From contig NC_086100.1 of the NCBI RefSeq assembly GCF_963921235.1, forward strand, positions 200,262,001 to 200,326,000: a DNA stretch of 64,000 bases, given 5' to 3'. Numbering within the stretch: position 1 is the first letter of the stretch; every line of letters begins with the position of its first letter. Source of the DNA: Mobula hypostoma (lineage: Eukaryota). The notes below the pieces were generated by a model. The model had not been told where the DNA came from and searched no databases. It saw only the letters and a list, made by a program, of their open reading frames with translations. Both the position numbers and the translations under genes were made by a program. Positions 13,656 through 24,697 of this stretch are shown here, piece by piece.

Positions 13656-13980
13656 CCTTGTATGCACACCCGCAAAATATCCCTGATTCTCCTGAATAGT
13701 CAAAGAATAGCAAAGGTATTGCCCGGGCAAAGGAGTTTACACTGGCCAGGCATCCCTCGCTGTCCCGATACACTTGCTACATGCTTCACGTATCTGCGAT
13801 GGTTATTCTTCGAAGTTACTGCTACCAGCACACACAAAGCATCCAATTTATATACATTCCTTATCAATTCAAATATCGCATTCCAGTGTCATTGGCCACA
13901 GGCCATGTGTCTGTCCTTTAACACCTTGTGATTGGTTCTGCTCCAAGCCAGCATCAATTTATTGCCTTCTTCCCATTAAG

Positions 13981-14209
13981 CAGAAGAAGAAGGAGAAATT
14001 GCCTTTAAAACCACGAGAGAGCATAGGCCATCAGCCTTTTGCTGTTCATGTTTCTGTAGGAGGCAATTTCATTTTTACTAGGTCGAGTTGGTAGCTCGAC
14101 ACTCAACCTAGCATGGATGGAAAGCATGCCAGGGGAGCCGGCTGGATTCGAACTCAGGAACCTTCGCTCCAAAGTCCGGCGCTGATGCCACTACGCCACC
14201 AGCCAGCTC
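13981..14209 (-). mobile_element. tRNA-derived SINE with (TTC)n tail and 13-bp TSD
   Basis: Minus strand has A box TGGCGTAGTGG and B box GTTCGAATCC; TSD TCTTCCCATTAAG (13968-13980) / TCTTCCCATCAAG (14210-14222). Confidence 0.85.
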
Positions 14210-14583
14210 TCTTCCCATCAAGTGACAGTCGATAATTTATGGCTTTTTGTTCTCAAGCAGCAATGAACTTGAATCACTTCAGACAGGCATCAACCCCAAC
14301 ATTCACAAACCTGCATGTTATAGCCAACCAAGGAACATCTCACAAATAACTTCTCATTTGGAAATGATCTCCAGTCCAGCAGATTACCTGAAGAATCATT
14401 GTGTCTTCTTTAAAACATTGATCAAGCCCAGCATGTCAAGCTCACAAAATGGAGAATAAGTGTCTTCGCAAAATGGCAGCCTCCATCCCCAAGCATGCTC
14501 AGGAGCAAAGGCTGCTTCCAATGTCCTTTATTCATTTGAATGTACTGATTTGTAGGTTGTCATTCTTTCTGGCTATAAAGGTG

Positions 14584-17036
14584 TAGAAACATAGAAACAT
14601 AGAAAAATAGGTGCAGGAGTAGGCCATTTGGCCCTTCGAGCCTGCACTGCCATTTATTATGATCATGGCTGATCATCCAACTCAGAACCCCACACCAGCC
14701 TTCCCTCCATACCCCCTGACCCCTGTAGCCACAATGGCCATATCTAACTCCCTCTTAAATATAGCCAATGAACTGGCCTCAACTGTTTCCTGTGGCAGAG
14801 AATTCCACAGATTCACCACTCTCTGTGTGAAGAAGTTTTTCCTAATCTTGGTCCTAAAAGGCTTCCCCTTTATCCTCAAACTGTGACCCCTCGTTCTGGA
14901 CTTCCCCAACATCGGGAACAATCTTCCTGCATCTAGCCTGTCCAATCCCTTTAGGATTTTATACGTTTCAATCAGATCCCCCCTCAATCTTCTAAATTCC
15001 AACGAGTACAAGCCCAGTTCATCCAGTCTTTCTTCATATGAAAGTCCTGCCATCCCAGGAATCAATCTGGTGAACCTTCTTTGTACTCCCTCTATGGCAA
15101 AGATGTCTTTCCTCAGATTAGGGGACCAAAACGGCACACAATACTCCAGGTGTGGTCTCACCAAGGCCTTGTACAACTGCAGTAGTACCTCCCTACTCCT
15201 ATACTCAAATCCTCTCGCTATAAATGCCAGCATACCATTTGCCTTTTTCATCGCCTGCTGTACCTGCATGCCCACTTTCAATGACTGGTGTATAATGACA
15301 CCCAGGTCTCGTTGCACCTCCCCTTTTCCTAATCGGCCACCATTCAGATAATAATCTGTTTTCCTATTTTTGCCACCAAAGTGGATAACTTCACATTTAT
15401 CCACATTAAATTGCATCTGCCATGAATTTGCCCACTCACCCAACCCATCCAGGTCACTCTGCATCCTCTTAGCATCCTCCTCACAGCTAACACTGCCACC
15501 CAGCTTCGTGTCATCCGCAAACTTGGAGATGTTGCATTTAATTCCCTCATCCAAGTCATTAATATATATTGTAAACAACTGGGGTCCCAGCAGTGAGCCT
15601 TGCGGTACCCCACTAGTCACTGCCTGCCATTCTGAAAAGGTCCCGTTTATTCCCACTCTTTGCTTCCTGTCTGCTAACCAATTCTCTATCCACATCAATA
15701 CCTGACCCCCAATACCGTGTGCTTTAAGTTTGCACACTAATCTCCTGTGTGGGACCTTGTCAAAAGCCTTTTGAAAATCCAAATATACCACATCCACTGG
15801 TTCTCCCCTATCCACTCTACTAGTTACATCCTCAAAAAATTCTATGAGATTCGTCAGACATGATTTTCCTTTCACAAATCCATGCTGACTTTGTCCGATC
15901 ATTTCACCGCTTTCCAAATGTACTGTTATCACATCTTTGATACCTGACTCCAGCAGTTTCCCCACCACCGACGTTAGGCTAACCGGTCTATAATTCCCCG
16001 GTTTCGCTCTCCCTCCTTTTTTAAAAAGTGGGGTTACATTAGCCACCCTCCAATCCTCAGGAACTAGTCCAGAATCTAACGAGTTTTGAAAAATTATCAC
16101 TAATGCATCCACTATTTCTTGGGCTACTTCCTTAAGCACTCTGGGATGCAGACCATCTGACCCTAGGGATTTATCTGCCTTTAATCCCTTCAATTTACCT
16201 AACACTACTTCCCTACTAACATGTATTTCGTTCAGTTCCTCCATCTCACTGGACCCTCTGTCTCCTACTATTTCTGGAAGATTATTTATGTCCTCCTTAG
16301 TGAAGACAGAACCAAAGTAATTATTCAATTGGTCTGCCATGTCCTTGCTCCCCATAATCAATTCACCTGTTTCTGTCTGTAGGGGACCTACATTTGTCTT
16401 TACCAGTCTTTTCCTTTTTACATATCTATAAATGCTTTTACAGTCAGTTTTTATGTTCCCTGCCAGTTTTCTCTCATAATCTTTTTTCCCCTTCCTAATT
16501 AAGCCCTTTGTCCTCCTCTGCTGGACTCTGAATTTCTCCCAGTCCTCAGGTGAGCCACTTTTTCTGGCTAATTTGTATGCTTCTTCTTTGGAATTGATAC
16601 TATCCCTAATTTCTCTTGACAGCCACGGGTGCACTACCTTCCTTGATTTATTCTTTTGCCAAACTGGGATGAACAATTGTTGTAGTTCATCCATGCAACC
16701 TTTAAATGCTTGCGATTGCATATCCACCGTCAATCCTTTAAATGTCATTTGCCAGTCTATCTTAGCTAATTCCCGTCTCATATCTTCAAAGTTACCCCAC
16801 TTTAAGTTCAGAACCTTTGTTTCTGAATTAACTATGTCACTCTCCATCTTAATGAAGAATTCCACCATATTATGGTCACTCTTACCCAAGGGGCCTCTCG
16901 TGACAAGATTGCTAATTAACCCTTCCTCATTGCTCAAAACCCAGTCCAGAATAGCCTGCTCTCTAGTTGGTTCCTCGACATGTTGGTTCAAAAAACCATC
17001 CCGCATACATTCCAAGAAATCCTCTTCCTCAGCACC
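14584..17036 (-). mobile_element. Young 5'-truncated CR1 LINE with an uninterrupted ORF2 portion
   Basis: Open frame 14682-17036 from the endonuclease end (SDHN) through the whole RT; (TTTCTATG)n tail. Confidence 0.97.
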
Positions 17037-17075
17037 TGCCTGTAGGGGCAGGTGTGGCACTTGTTCCGTTTGCAA
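14682..17075 (-). CDS. CR1 ORF2 reverse transcriptase, N-terminally truncated (first ~13 aa come from adjacent Penelope DNA)
   Basis: 797-aa ORF with NYRPVSLTS, QHGF, YLDFQKAFDKV, GVPQGS, FADD and RPHLEYC. Confidence 0.8.
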   Translation of the reverse strand: MQTEQVPHLPLQAGAEEEDFLECMRDGFLNQHVEEPTREQAILDWVLSNEEGLISNLVTRGPLGKSDHNMVEFFIKMESDIVNSETKVLNLKWGNFEDMRRELAKIDWQMTFKGLTVDMQSQAFKGCMDELQQLFIPVWQKNKSRKVVHPWLSREIRDSINSKEEAYKLARKSGSPEDWEKFRVQQRRTKGLIRKGKKDYERKLAGNIKTDCKSIYRYVKRKRLVKTNVGPLQTETGELIMGSKDMADQLNNYFGSVFTKEDINNLPEIVGDRGSSEMEELNEIHVSREVVLGKLKGLKADKSLGSDGLHPRVLKEVAQEIVDALVIIFQNSLDSGLVPEDWRVANVTPLFKKGGRAKPGNYRPVSLTSVVGKLLESGIKDVITVHLESGEMIGQSQHGFVKGKSCLTNLIEFFEDVTSRVDRGEPVDVVYLDFQKAFDKVPHRRLVCKLKAHGIGGQVLMWIENWLADRKQRVGINGTFSEWQAVTSGVPQGSLLGPQLFTIYINDLDEGIKCNISKFADDTKLGGSVSCEEDAKRMQSDLDGLGEWANSWQMQFNVDKCEVIHFGGKNRKTDYYLNGGRLGKGEVQRDLGVIIHQSLKVGMQVQQAMKKANGMLAFIARGFEYRSREVLLQLYKALVRPHLEYCVPFWSPNLRKDIFAIEGVQRRFTRLIPGMAGLSYEERLDELGLYSLEFRRLRGDLIETYKILKGLDRLDAGRLFPMLGKSRTRGHSLRIKGKPFRTKIRKNFFTQRVVNLWNSLPQETVEASSLAIFKRELDMAIVATGVRGYGGKAGVGF

Positions 17076-17370
17076 GGATAAATGCCAGGAGGGAGATCAG
17101 TGGGGTGAGACGAGTGGACAAGAGCATTCTCTGTGGACAGCAGAACGTGGGGTGGGGGGAAAGGTGTGCTTGCTGGTGGTATCATGTTGGAGATGGCAGA
17201 AATTACTGAGAATTATGTGCTGGACATGGAGGCTGGTGGGGTGAGAATGAGGGAAACCCTATCACTCGTAGGATGGTGGCAGGATGGGGTGAGAGCAGGC
17301 TTGTGTGAAATGGAATAGATGCGGTTGAGGGTAACATTGATGGTGGAGGAAGGGAAGCCCCTTCCTTTCA
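17037..17370 (-). mobile_element. Penelope-like ORF fragment (Cys-rich linker before the GIY-YIG domain)
   Basis: LVHSSHPTDLPPGIYPCKRNKCHTCPY in ORF 16988-17185. Confidence 0.8.
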
Positions 17371-17371
17371 A

Positions 17372-17855
17372 GAGCAGTGAGGTATCTTGGTAGCTCTGTA
17401 AAACTCTAGTTAGACCACACTTGGAATATTGTGTTCTGTTCTGGTCACCTCATTATAAAAAGGATATGAAAGTTTAGAGAGGGTGCAGAAGAACACACTG
17501 CCAGAGTTTGAGATCATTAATGTGGACAGTTTGAGTGAGCCAGGGCTTCTCTCTTTGGAGTGAAGGAGGATGGGACTATAGTGAGAGTGACAGCCAGCAC
17601 TTCCTTCCCATGGCAGCAATGGCCAATACCAGCAGACATCCGTTTAAGGTGAGTGAAGAGTTTAGGGGAGATGTCAGTGATAGGATTTTTTTCTACATAG
17701 AGAGTGACAGGTGTCCCAAGCACACTGCCTGGGGTGATAGCTGGGGCAAATTTATCACACTCTTTGATAGATACAAGTTACCAGGAATTCATCGGGTTCT
17801 CAGCCCAAAATGTTGGTTGTTTATTCCCCTCCATAGGTGCTGCCTGACTTGCTGA
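17372..17855 (+). mobile_element. Degenerate CR1 3' fragment followed by a short Penelope-type terminal remnant
   Basis: LVRPHLEYCVLFWSPHY codons at ~17405-17460; GGTGCTGCCTGACTTGCTGA at ~17836. Confidence 0.7.
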
Positions 17856-18425
17856 CAATCCATGTTTGCAACTCACCAGTTAGCTGCTGAATTGTGGCAT
17901 CACTTCGTGAATCGTGACATCACCTCAAGCTCTGTCACTGTTCTCTGTGCACGGACAGGCTCGATTGACATTCTGGCTTTTATTTATTCACAGATGCTGC
18001 CTGAGCTGCAGACTATTTCAAGGATTCTCCGACCTTATCCAGGACACCATCAGTACGATCTCTGTTACACTCCCTCCAAAGAAAGTGCATCATTCAAGAG
18101 GTAAAGGCACCAAGTTTGTACACAATTCCCCTGGTGTGCTCTCAAATAGATTAGGTACAATTGTAGTCACCAATTTGCAGGTTTCCCATGGTGACCCCCT
18201 GCTGACTGTACACAGTAAACACACTGTCAGGGCAACAAGGCCTAACAGAGGCTCACCAGCCAGAGACACAGAAACAACCAGCCCAGAGATCCAGGGACAG
18301 GAACTCGGGTGCTCCAGAGGGAGTTCCGGCACAGAGAAATATCTCGGACAAGAATCCGGGAAATGTAACAGATCCAGGAAATAGAACCCAGGGCAGATGA
18401 AAAATCCCACCACTCTAAAACACCA

Positions 18426-21400
18426 GTGTATCTGAGAAATTCAGGAGAAAACAAGGCCCCTTTAAGAAACAGGAACACAGAACACAGGAGTACATTCAGA
18501 TTCTCAGAGCAAATGGCGAGAGTTTCACCGGCTGGAAATTATATATCTGATAATCTTAGCACCCCACAAATTGTAAAGGATTTGGGCTTACAGAATCATT
18601 ATCCGCACAAACCGTCACTAATGTCCGTGCGGAAGGTATCCCGGGATCAACTAGACAACAACAAACTAACCCGACCAGAAAATCTTCCTTGGCGATTTGT
18701 CCTCAGGATCCTCACAGGCAATTCACTGGCGGGGAATAGTGAATGGCCACCTGCTCAGTACTCAGACGGTGAGGACGATGATGATAATGAACTTAAAGAT
18801 TTCTTTGAAGTTACAACAGTAGGGGCCCCTGGGATGAATCCTCTGGATATCATTGCTGCCATTTTCCTCTGTGCTGACCACTTTCTCCAGCAGGAACTGA
18901 TGCTGAAGATGTCTCTGTGCCAGTTTGCATTACCCTTTCTGATGCCAGACACACACAGTCACCCCATGGACAAGGTGAGTGGACACACAGAGGGGTCTGG
19001 TGCCACCCTTCTCCTCTGGGCCATGAGACCCATTGTTAAAACATGGTGCCCACATTCTCCTACAGACAGCAGCCCCATTGTGGAGGTGCCCATCATGACA
19101 GCAGCCATGCCAATGGTGTCCTTCCTCAGACTGGGAAGGTGCACAGTGTCCAAATCCCGAATCCTCAATCTCACCCTGAGTCAGGCACAGCTGCAGCAGA
19201 ACATCTTCCTGCACTCCGAGATGGAATGTGGGAATGTGCCCCGCAGGATATCCGATGGAATGGCTGAGATCAGCTGGTATCTCCCTTCTGGGAAGAGTAA
19301 CACGGATATTTTCCCAGAGGCTGCTGCATTCATTAACCTCCGAGGTGATGCTGAATCTTTCCAGGGAAATGCTCGGTTTCTGGCGAAAGTATCTGCTGCT
19401 CTCTTTATTTTCATTGACGTTATCGGTGAGAAGGAAAGAGAATTCCTCACCTCTCTCACACAGTCACCAGCAAAACTCTTTCTCATAGTCAATCAGCAAC
19501 ACATAACTCGTGAACAGGTAAAGAAACTGTTCAAAGATCTGAAGTTAAAACGTCATCAATGCATTCTTCGGGCAAATGTAAATGAGGCTAAACTTGTGGA
19601 AAAGCTCCGTTCTCAGATCAAACAAGTAATTCCAATGAGGGACAGGGACCAGACCTTGCTGAGCCTGGAGCAAATGGCTGATATTGGGATGGAAAGTGGG
19701 ATTGAGGTCGATGAACGTCAACCTGAAATACAACGAGCCAAGGAACTGATTTTGAAAGTACAGAGAAATCCTAACACTGGACACCAGTGGGAATCAGAGG
19801 ATCTAACTAATCCCAATCTCTGCAACAACTTACATGGAATGGAGAATGTTTTCTCAGTTGGAAATAACCAATGTGATAATCTTAGCATCCCACAAGTAGT
19901 GAAAGTTTTTGGTTCAAAGGATCATTGTACCCACAAATCAACACCAACATCGAAACAGAATGTTTCCTGGGATAAACTGGAGGACAGCAAACCAGCTCAA
20001 ACAGAAAACCTCCCTTGTTCCCTTCTCCAACCGATCCCATCAGCCAGTTCAATGGTGATGAATCCTGGACAGACATGTGCTCAGTCCTCAGAAAGTGACA
20101 ATGATGAGGATGAGGATGAGGATTCTCTGGATGTGAAAGGACCAAAAGTTGAAAAACATCATCTTGGAATACAAGACATAAAGGACCTGACCTCAGAAGA
20201 AAAGAGAAAAGCTGACTCTGGAGACCAGGAGGAGCCAGAGGATGCATTTCATCATAATGTATACAATATGTCAAAGGGAAGGGGAAGAGTTTTAACAGAT
20301 GGAAATAACAGGTCTAAGAAACTCAGAACAACACAACTGCTAAAGGAGTTGGGATTACAGGATGATTATCCTCACAAACTGTCTCTTCAGACTGTGCAGG
20401 AGGTGTCTCAGGATAAACTGAAGGACAGCAAACCAACACGAACAGAAGATCTTCCTTGGCGATTTCTTCAAAGGATCCTCGCAACCAATTCACTGGCAAG
20501 GAATCCCGACTGGCCATCTGATCTGTCCTCAGATGGTGAGGACAATCATGATGAAGAACTAAATGACATTCTGGAAGAGAGAGGGACAATGGTTTCTGGG
20601 ATGAATCCTCTGGATATCATTGCTGCCATTTTCCTCTGTGCTGACCACTTTCTCCAGCAGGAACTGATGCTGAAGATGTCTCTGTGCCAGTTTGCATTAC
20701 CCTTTCTGATGCCAGACACACACAGTCACCCCATGGACAAGGTGAGTGGACACACAGAAGGGTCTGGTGCCACCCTTCTCCTCTGGGCCATGAGGCCCAT
20801 TGTTAAAACATGGTGCCCACATTCTCCTACAGACAGCAGGCCCATTGTGGAGGCGCCCATCGTGACAGCAGCCATGCCAACAGTGTCCTTCCTCAGACTG
20901 GGAAGGTGCACAGTGTCCAAATCCCGAATCCTCAATCTCACCCTGAGTCAGGCACAGCTGCAGCAGAACATCTTCCTGCACTCCGAGATGGAATGTGGGA
21001 ATGTGCCCCGCAGGATATCCGATGGAATGGCTGAGATCAGCTGGTATCTCCCTTCTGGGAAGAGTAACACAGATATTTTCCCAGAGGCTGCTGCATTCAT
21101 TAACCTCCAAGGTGATGCTGAAACTTTCCAGGGAAACGCTTGGTTTCTGGCGAAAGTATCTGCTGCTCTCTTTATTTTCATTGACGTTATCGGTGAGAAG
21201 GAAAGAGAATTCCTCACCTCTCTCACACAGTCACCAGCAAAACTCTTTCTCATAGTCAATCAGCAACACATAACTCGTGAACGGGTAAAGAAACTGTTCA
21301 AAGCTCTAAAGTTAAAACGTCATCAATGCCTTCTTTAGGCAAATGTAAATGAGGCTAAACTTGTGGAAAAGCTCCGTTCTCAGATCAAACAAGTAATTCT

Positions 21401-24117
21401 AAAGAGGGACAGGGACCAGACCTTGCTGAGCCTGGAGCAAATGGCTGACATTGCGATGGAAAGTGGGATTGGGGTCGATGAACGTCAACCTGAAATACAA
21501 CGAGCCAAGCAGCTGACCAAAATACTGGACGGACTTGATTCGGGAGACATTACTGGGTATAAAAGGAGAGTGTTGCCCTTTCATGGAGAGCCCTGGCAAG
21601 CATTGTCTAAAGTTGAAAAAGAGAAATCTCGGATGAAACTCCGTGGGGACAGAACCACAGAAGTGTATAACCAGGAACTGGACCGGGAGGAGAACAGAAT
21701 CCGGGAATCTCAGCTCAGACAGAGTCTGTCGGAAGAGATTTGGCTGTTCGTTGAACACCTCACCCATCATGGTGGGGATGACAGAGCCATTTCCCTACAG
21801 TGGCTGAAGCTGGAGCTGGTCAGTAAATCACGGGAAGTTATGGCAGGATTGCGTAGAATTTATAAAGAACTGTGCAAAGACTCAAACCAGAAGGTGAAGG
21901 AACTGAAGGAGTTGGATCAGAAGATGTCTGATAGTTCCCTGGGACTCGAGCGTTTCATGAGGGAACTTGGCCAGATTTATGAACTTTCAGTGACTCGACA
22001 CAAAGTCACCCGAAGGACACAGATCCACCCAAAGGTGTCGCAGTTCCCAGGTGTTGCTGCTGAACTGTTGCTGGAAGGGTTCCCATTGGAACTCATCGAT
22101 GGAGATGTTTCCAACGTTCCCATTCCATGGATCACTGCCGTACTCACAGAAGTGGCCAACAAAGTGGGAAGAGCTTGCCGAGTGTTTGTGCTGACGGTGA
22201 TTGGAGTTCAGAGCACGGGCAAGTCCACACTCCTCAACACAATGTTCTGTTTGCGGTTCGCTGTGAGCAGCGGCCGATGTACACGAGGTGCCTACATGCA
22301 GTTGATCAAAGTCACAGGGAGCCTGGCCAAGGAGCTGGACTGTGAGTTCATCCTGGTCATTGACACAGAGGGGCTGAGAGTCCCAGAACTCGCAACACTG
22401 ACAGACAGCTACGAGCACGACAATGAGCTGGCAACGTTCGTGGTTGGATTAAGCAACTTAACATTGGTAAACATCGGGATGGAAAATCTGTCAGAGATGA
22501 AGGATATTTTACAGATTGTTGTCCATTCCTTAATCTGCATGAAGGAGACAGGAAAAGGGCCAAAGTGCATATTTGTGCACCAGAACGTCGGCGATGTGAG
22601 TGTGCACGATCAGAATCTGAGAGGCCGTCAGAAACTCCTGGAACAGCTGGATAAGATGACAGAGGCTGCAGCAAAGCTGGAGAAGGTAGACCGAGTAACG
22701 TTCCGTGATGTGATGGACTATGATGCTGACAAGGACAACTGGTACATCCCTGGTCTGTGGCATGGTACACCCCCAATGGCTGCAGTCAACACCGGCTACA
22801 GTGAACACGTCTCCCAACTGAAGAACAACCTAATTCAGTGTCTACTCCAACAGAGCCAATGTCAAGGAGCTTTCACTATCCTGGACTTTATCAAATGGAT
22901 GGCTGGGCTTTGGGAGCAGGTGAAACATGAAAATTTCATTTTCAGCTTCCAGAACAGTCTGGTCGCAGAGGCTTACAACCACCTGTCCGTGAAGTACAAG
23001 GACTGGGAGTGGGAACTCCACAAATTCACTCACTCCTGGGGAAATGGGGCTGAAAACAGAATCAGCAATGCCAAAGGAGATCTCACCGAACTGCTCCATA
23101 ATCTGGAGGGGGAGATCAGGACAGAGATGAACAAAAGGGAGGGTGACACTCTGGATAAACTACAAGCTCTGTATGAAAGTGGGGCTGATAACGTGCATCT
23201 GATGGAGAAATACAGAGAGGAATTTAAGCTCAGCATCTCCAGTTTATGCAGCCGACTTCAGCACGATTCAATGCAGAGATGTAGAGATGCCGTGAATAGA
23301 CGGGTGGGGCTGCAGAGAGTGGATAATATTTGGAATAACTTTCACAAGAAGATTGGAGAACTGGTCAAGGAGCTTTTACGGAAGTGTAAAGCAGCAAATT
23401 GGGTGTTGGGTGAATAGGAATTGCAAAATGAATTTGACAGGATGTGGGAAGTTACACTCTCTCAGCTGGAGTATCAGCCCTGTAGAGAAATAAATATCGA
23501 ACTAGAGATTGAAAATCTTCTCAGAGAGGAAACAAAAACTCAAGGGAGAGTCATTAATGAAAGACTGAAACGTGAAAATCTCTGTAAACTGGGGACCCAG
23601 TACTTTCAGATTGAAGAGAAACACATCAACGTGTCATATTGGAGACAGGGTGCAGGTAAAGTCATTCCATCCAGATTGAAATCAGATCTCGAAGAAGCAG
23701 CAATGATTACAAAGCTCATCGAGGATGAATGCAGAGATTGGATCACAAATATCACAAACAAGGACATGGATTATGACAATAAATATTGCATTGAACTTTT
23801 GAATATGATAGAGGGAAAAGTTGACAATATCTCACATCAACACTTGTCAATGTCTGAGGTTTTCAAGGCCAAGTTTAAACTTCACCTGTGTGGTTACGCT
23901 GTACCAAGATTCCAGCAGATGCACAGGGGGTTCATCCACAAATACGACCCACGGAGAAGACTGGAAAACATGAAGAGTAAATACTTTGATCTCTTCTACG
24001 ATATTTACACAGAGCAGGATGTGAACCAGAGACAAGCAGATCGATTTGCACAATCTTGTTTCTTGCCAACTCTCCGAAATGAACAAGACGTATAATACAA
24101 ACATTCAGTCTTGGTAA
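18426..24117 (+). pseudogene. GVIN1: GVIN1/VLIG (URGCP-family) very large GTPase, copy A; two tandem pre-GTPase modules; disabled
   Basis: ORFs 18426-21338, 21363-23417 and 23421-24095 share one frame and are split by TAG at 21336 and 23415 (the latter is CAG in copy B). G1 GVQSTGKS (22203-22226), G2 RCTRG, G3 DTEG (22362-22373) and HQNV are present, with family motifs MNPLD..FLQQE..KMS.CQFALPFL and ISDG..EISWYLP. A 974-bp deletion relative to copy B lies at ~24077. The symbol denotes family, not orthology. Confidence 0.88.
21363..23417 (+). CDS. GTPase-domain ORF segment of GVIN copy A (684 aa)
   Basis: GVQSTGKSTLLN, SSGRCTRG, IDTEGL, HDNELAT and LWHGTPPMA; bounded by premature stops. Confidence 0.55.
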   Translation: MEKLRSQIKQVILKRDRDQTLLSLEQMADIAMESGIGVDERQPEIQRAKQLTKILDGLDSGDITGYKRRVLPFHGEPWQALSKVEKEKSRMKLRGDRTTEVYNQELDREENRIRESQLRQSLSEEIWLFVEHLTHHGGDDRAISLQWLKLELVSKSREVMAGLRRIYKELCKDSNQKVKELKELDQKMSDSSLGLERFMRELGQIYELSVTRHKVTRRTQIHPKVSQFPGVAAELLLEGFPLELIDGDVSNVPIPWITAVLTEVANKVGRACRVFVLTVIGVQSTGKSTLLNTMFCLRFAVSSGRCTRGAYMQLIKVTGSLAKELDCEFILVIDTEGLRVPELATLTDSYEHDNELATFVVGLSNLTLVNIGMENLSEMKDILQIVVHSLICMKETGKGPKCIFVHQNVGDVSVHDQNLRGRQKLLEQLDKMTEAAAKLEKVDRVTFRDVMDYDADKDNWYIPGLWHGTPPMAAVNTGYSEHVSQLKNNLIQCLLQQSQCQGAFTILDFIKWMAGLWEQVKHENFIFSFQNSLVAEAYNHLSVKYKDWEWELHKFTHSWGNGAENRISNAKGDLTELLHNLEGEIRTEMNKREGDTLDKLQALYESGADNVHLMEKYREEFKLSISSLCSRLQHDSMQRCRDAVNRRVGLQRVDNIWNNFHKKIGELVKELLRKCKAANWVLGE

Positions 24118-24697
24118 AGTCCCTTTAAATGGCGTTACTCAGTGAAAGACAGACAAAGGGAAACTCTCTGTCTCGGGACTGGGCAGAGTAAATCACAACA
24201 TGTTCAAATCCAAATCCAGTCACAAATCAGGCCGGAGAGTGGGGTTGAGGAAGGGAGAAAAGGATCAGCCATGATTAAATGGCGGAACAGACTCGATGGG
24301 TCCAATGGCCTCATTCTGCTCCTCTGTCTTATGATCTTTTGGTCTCATAAAATGTTCTCTTTATTCCAGACAGCATCCTGCTTCGTCTCTGCACCCTCTC
24401 GAAAGCTTCCATACCTTCCCTATAGTGAGCAGCCAGTATCTCATGGCTATTGAACTCATTGTCCCGACTAAGCAAAGATTGAAGAATTATCCGTTAAACC
24501 CAGAGAGGAGTTGCTCAAAGGGTTATTCAATTGTACAAAGAAATGTCCTTTCTGTGGGGTTTTCTGTGACTCAGAGACCCCGGTACACTCACAACACTCC
24601 TGTAAACGGCACAGACCTGAAGGAGTCAACAAACGTCAATGGAGCGAAAATGGACATCTTGTCATGGAAATCTGCACAGCTTCAGTCGCTGGTGATC

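Noticed and set aside
14135..14207. Possible tRNA gene
   Set aside because: The tRNA-like head is followed by a SINE body, tail and TSD, and I could not fold a convincing full cloverleaf.
7455..15840. Inverted pair 7455-8722 / 14584-15840 as a second segmental duplication
   Set aside because: Similarity is confined to the CR1 sequence and the flanks differ, so these are independent insertions of one subfamily.
17400..18426. Interferon-responsive promoter (ISRE/GAS) upstream of copy A
   Set aside because: No convincing motif was seen by eye, and the true transcription start is unknown.
18755..23236. Many short antisense or alternate-frame ORFs repeated within the GVIN loci
   Set aside because: They are shadows of the real frame and recur only because the modules are duplicated.
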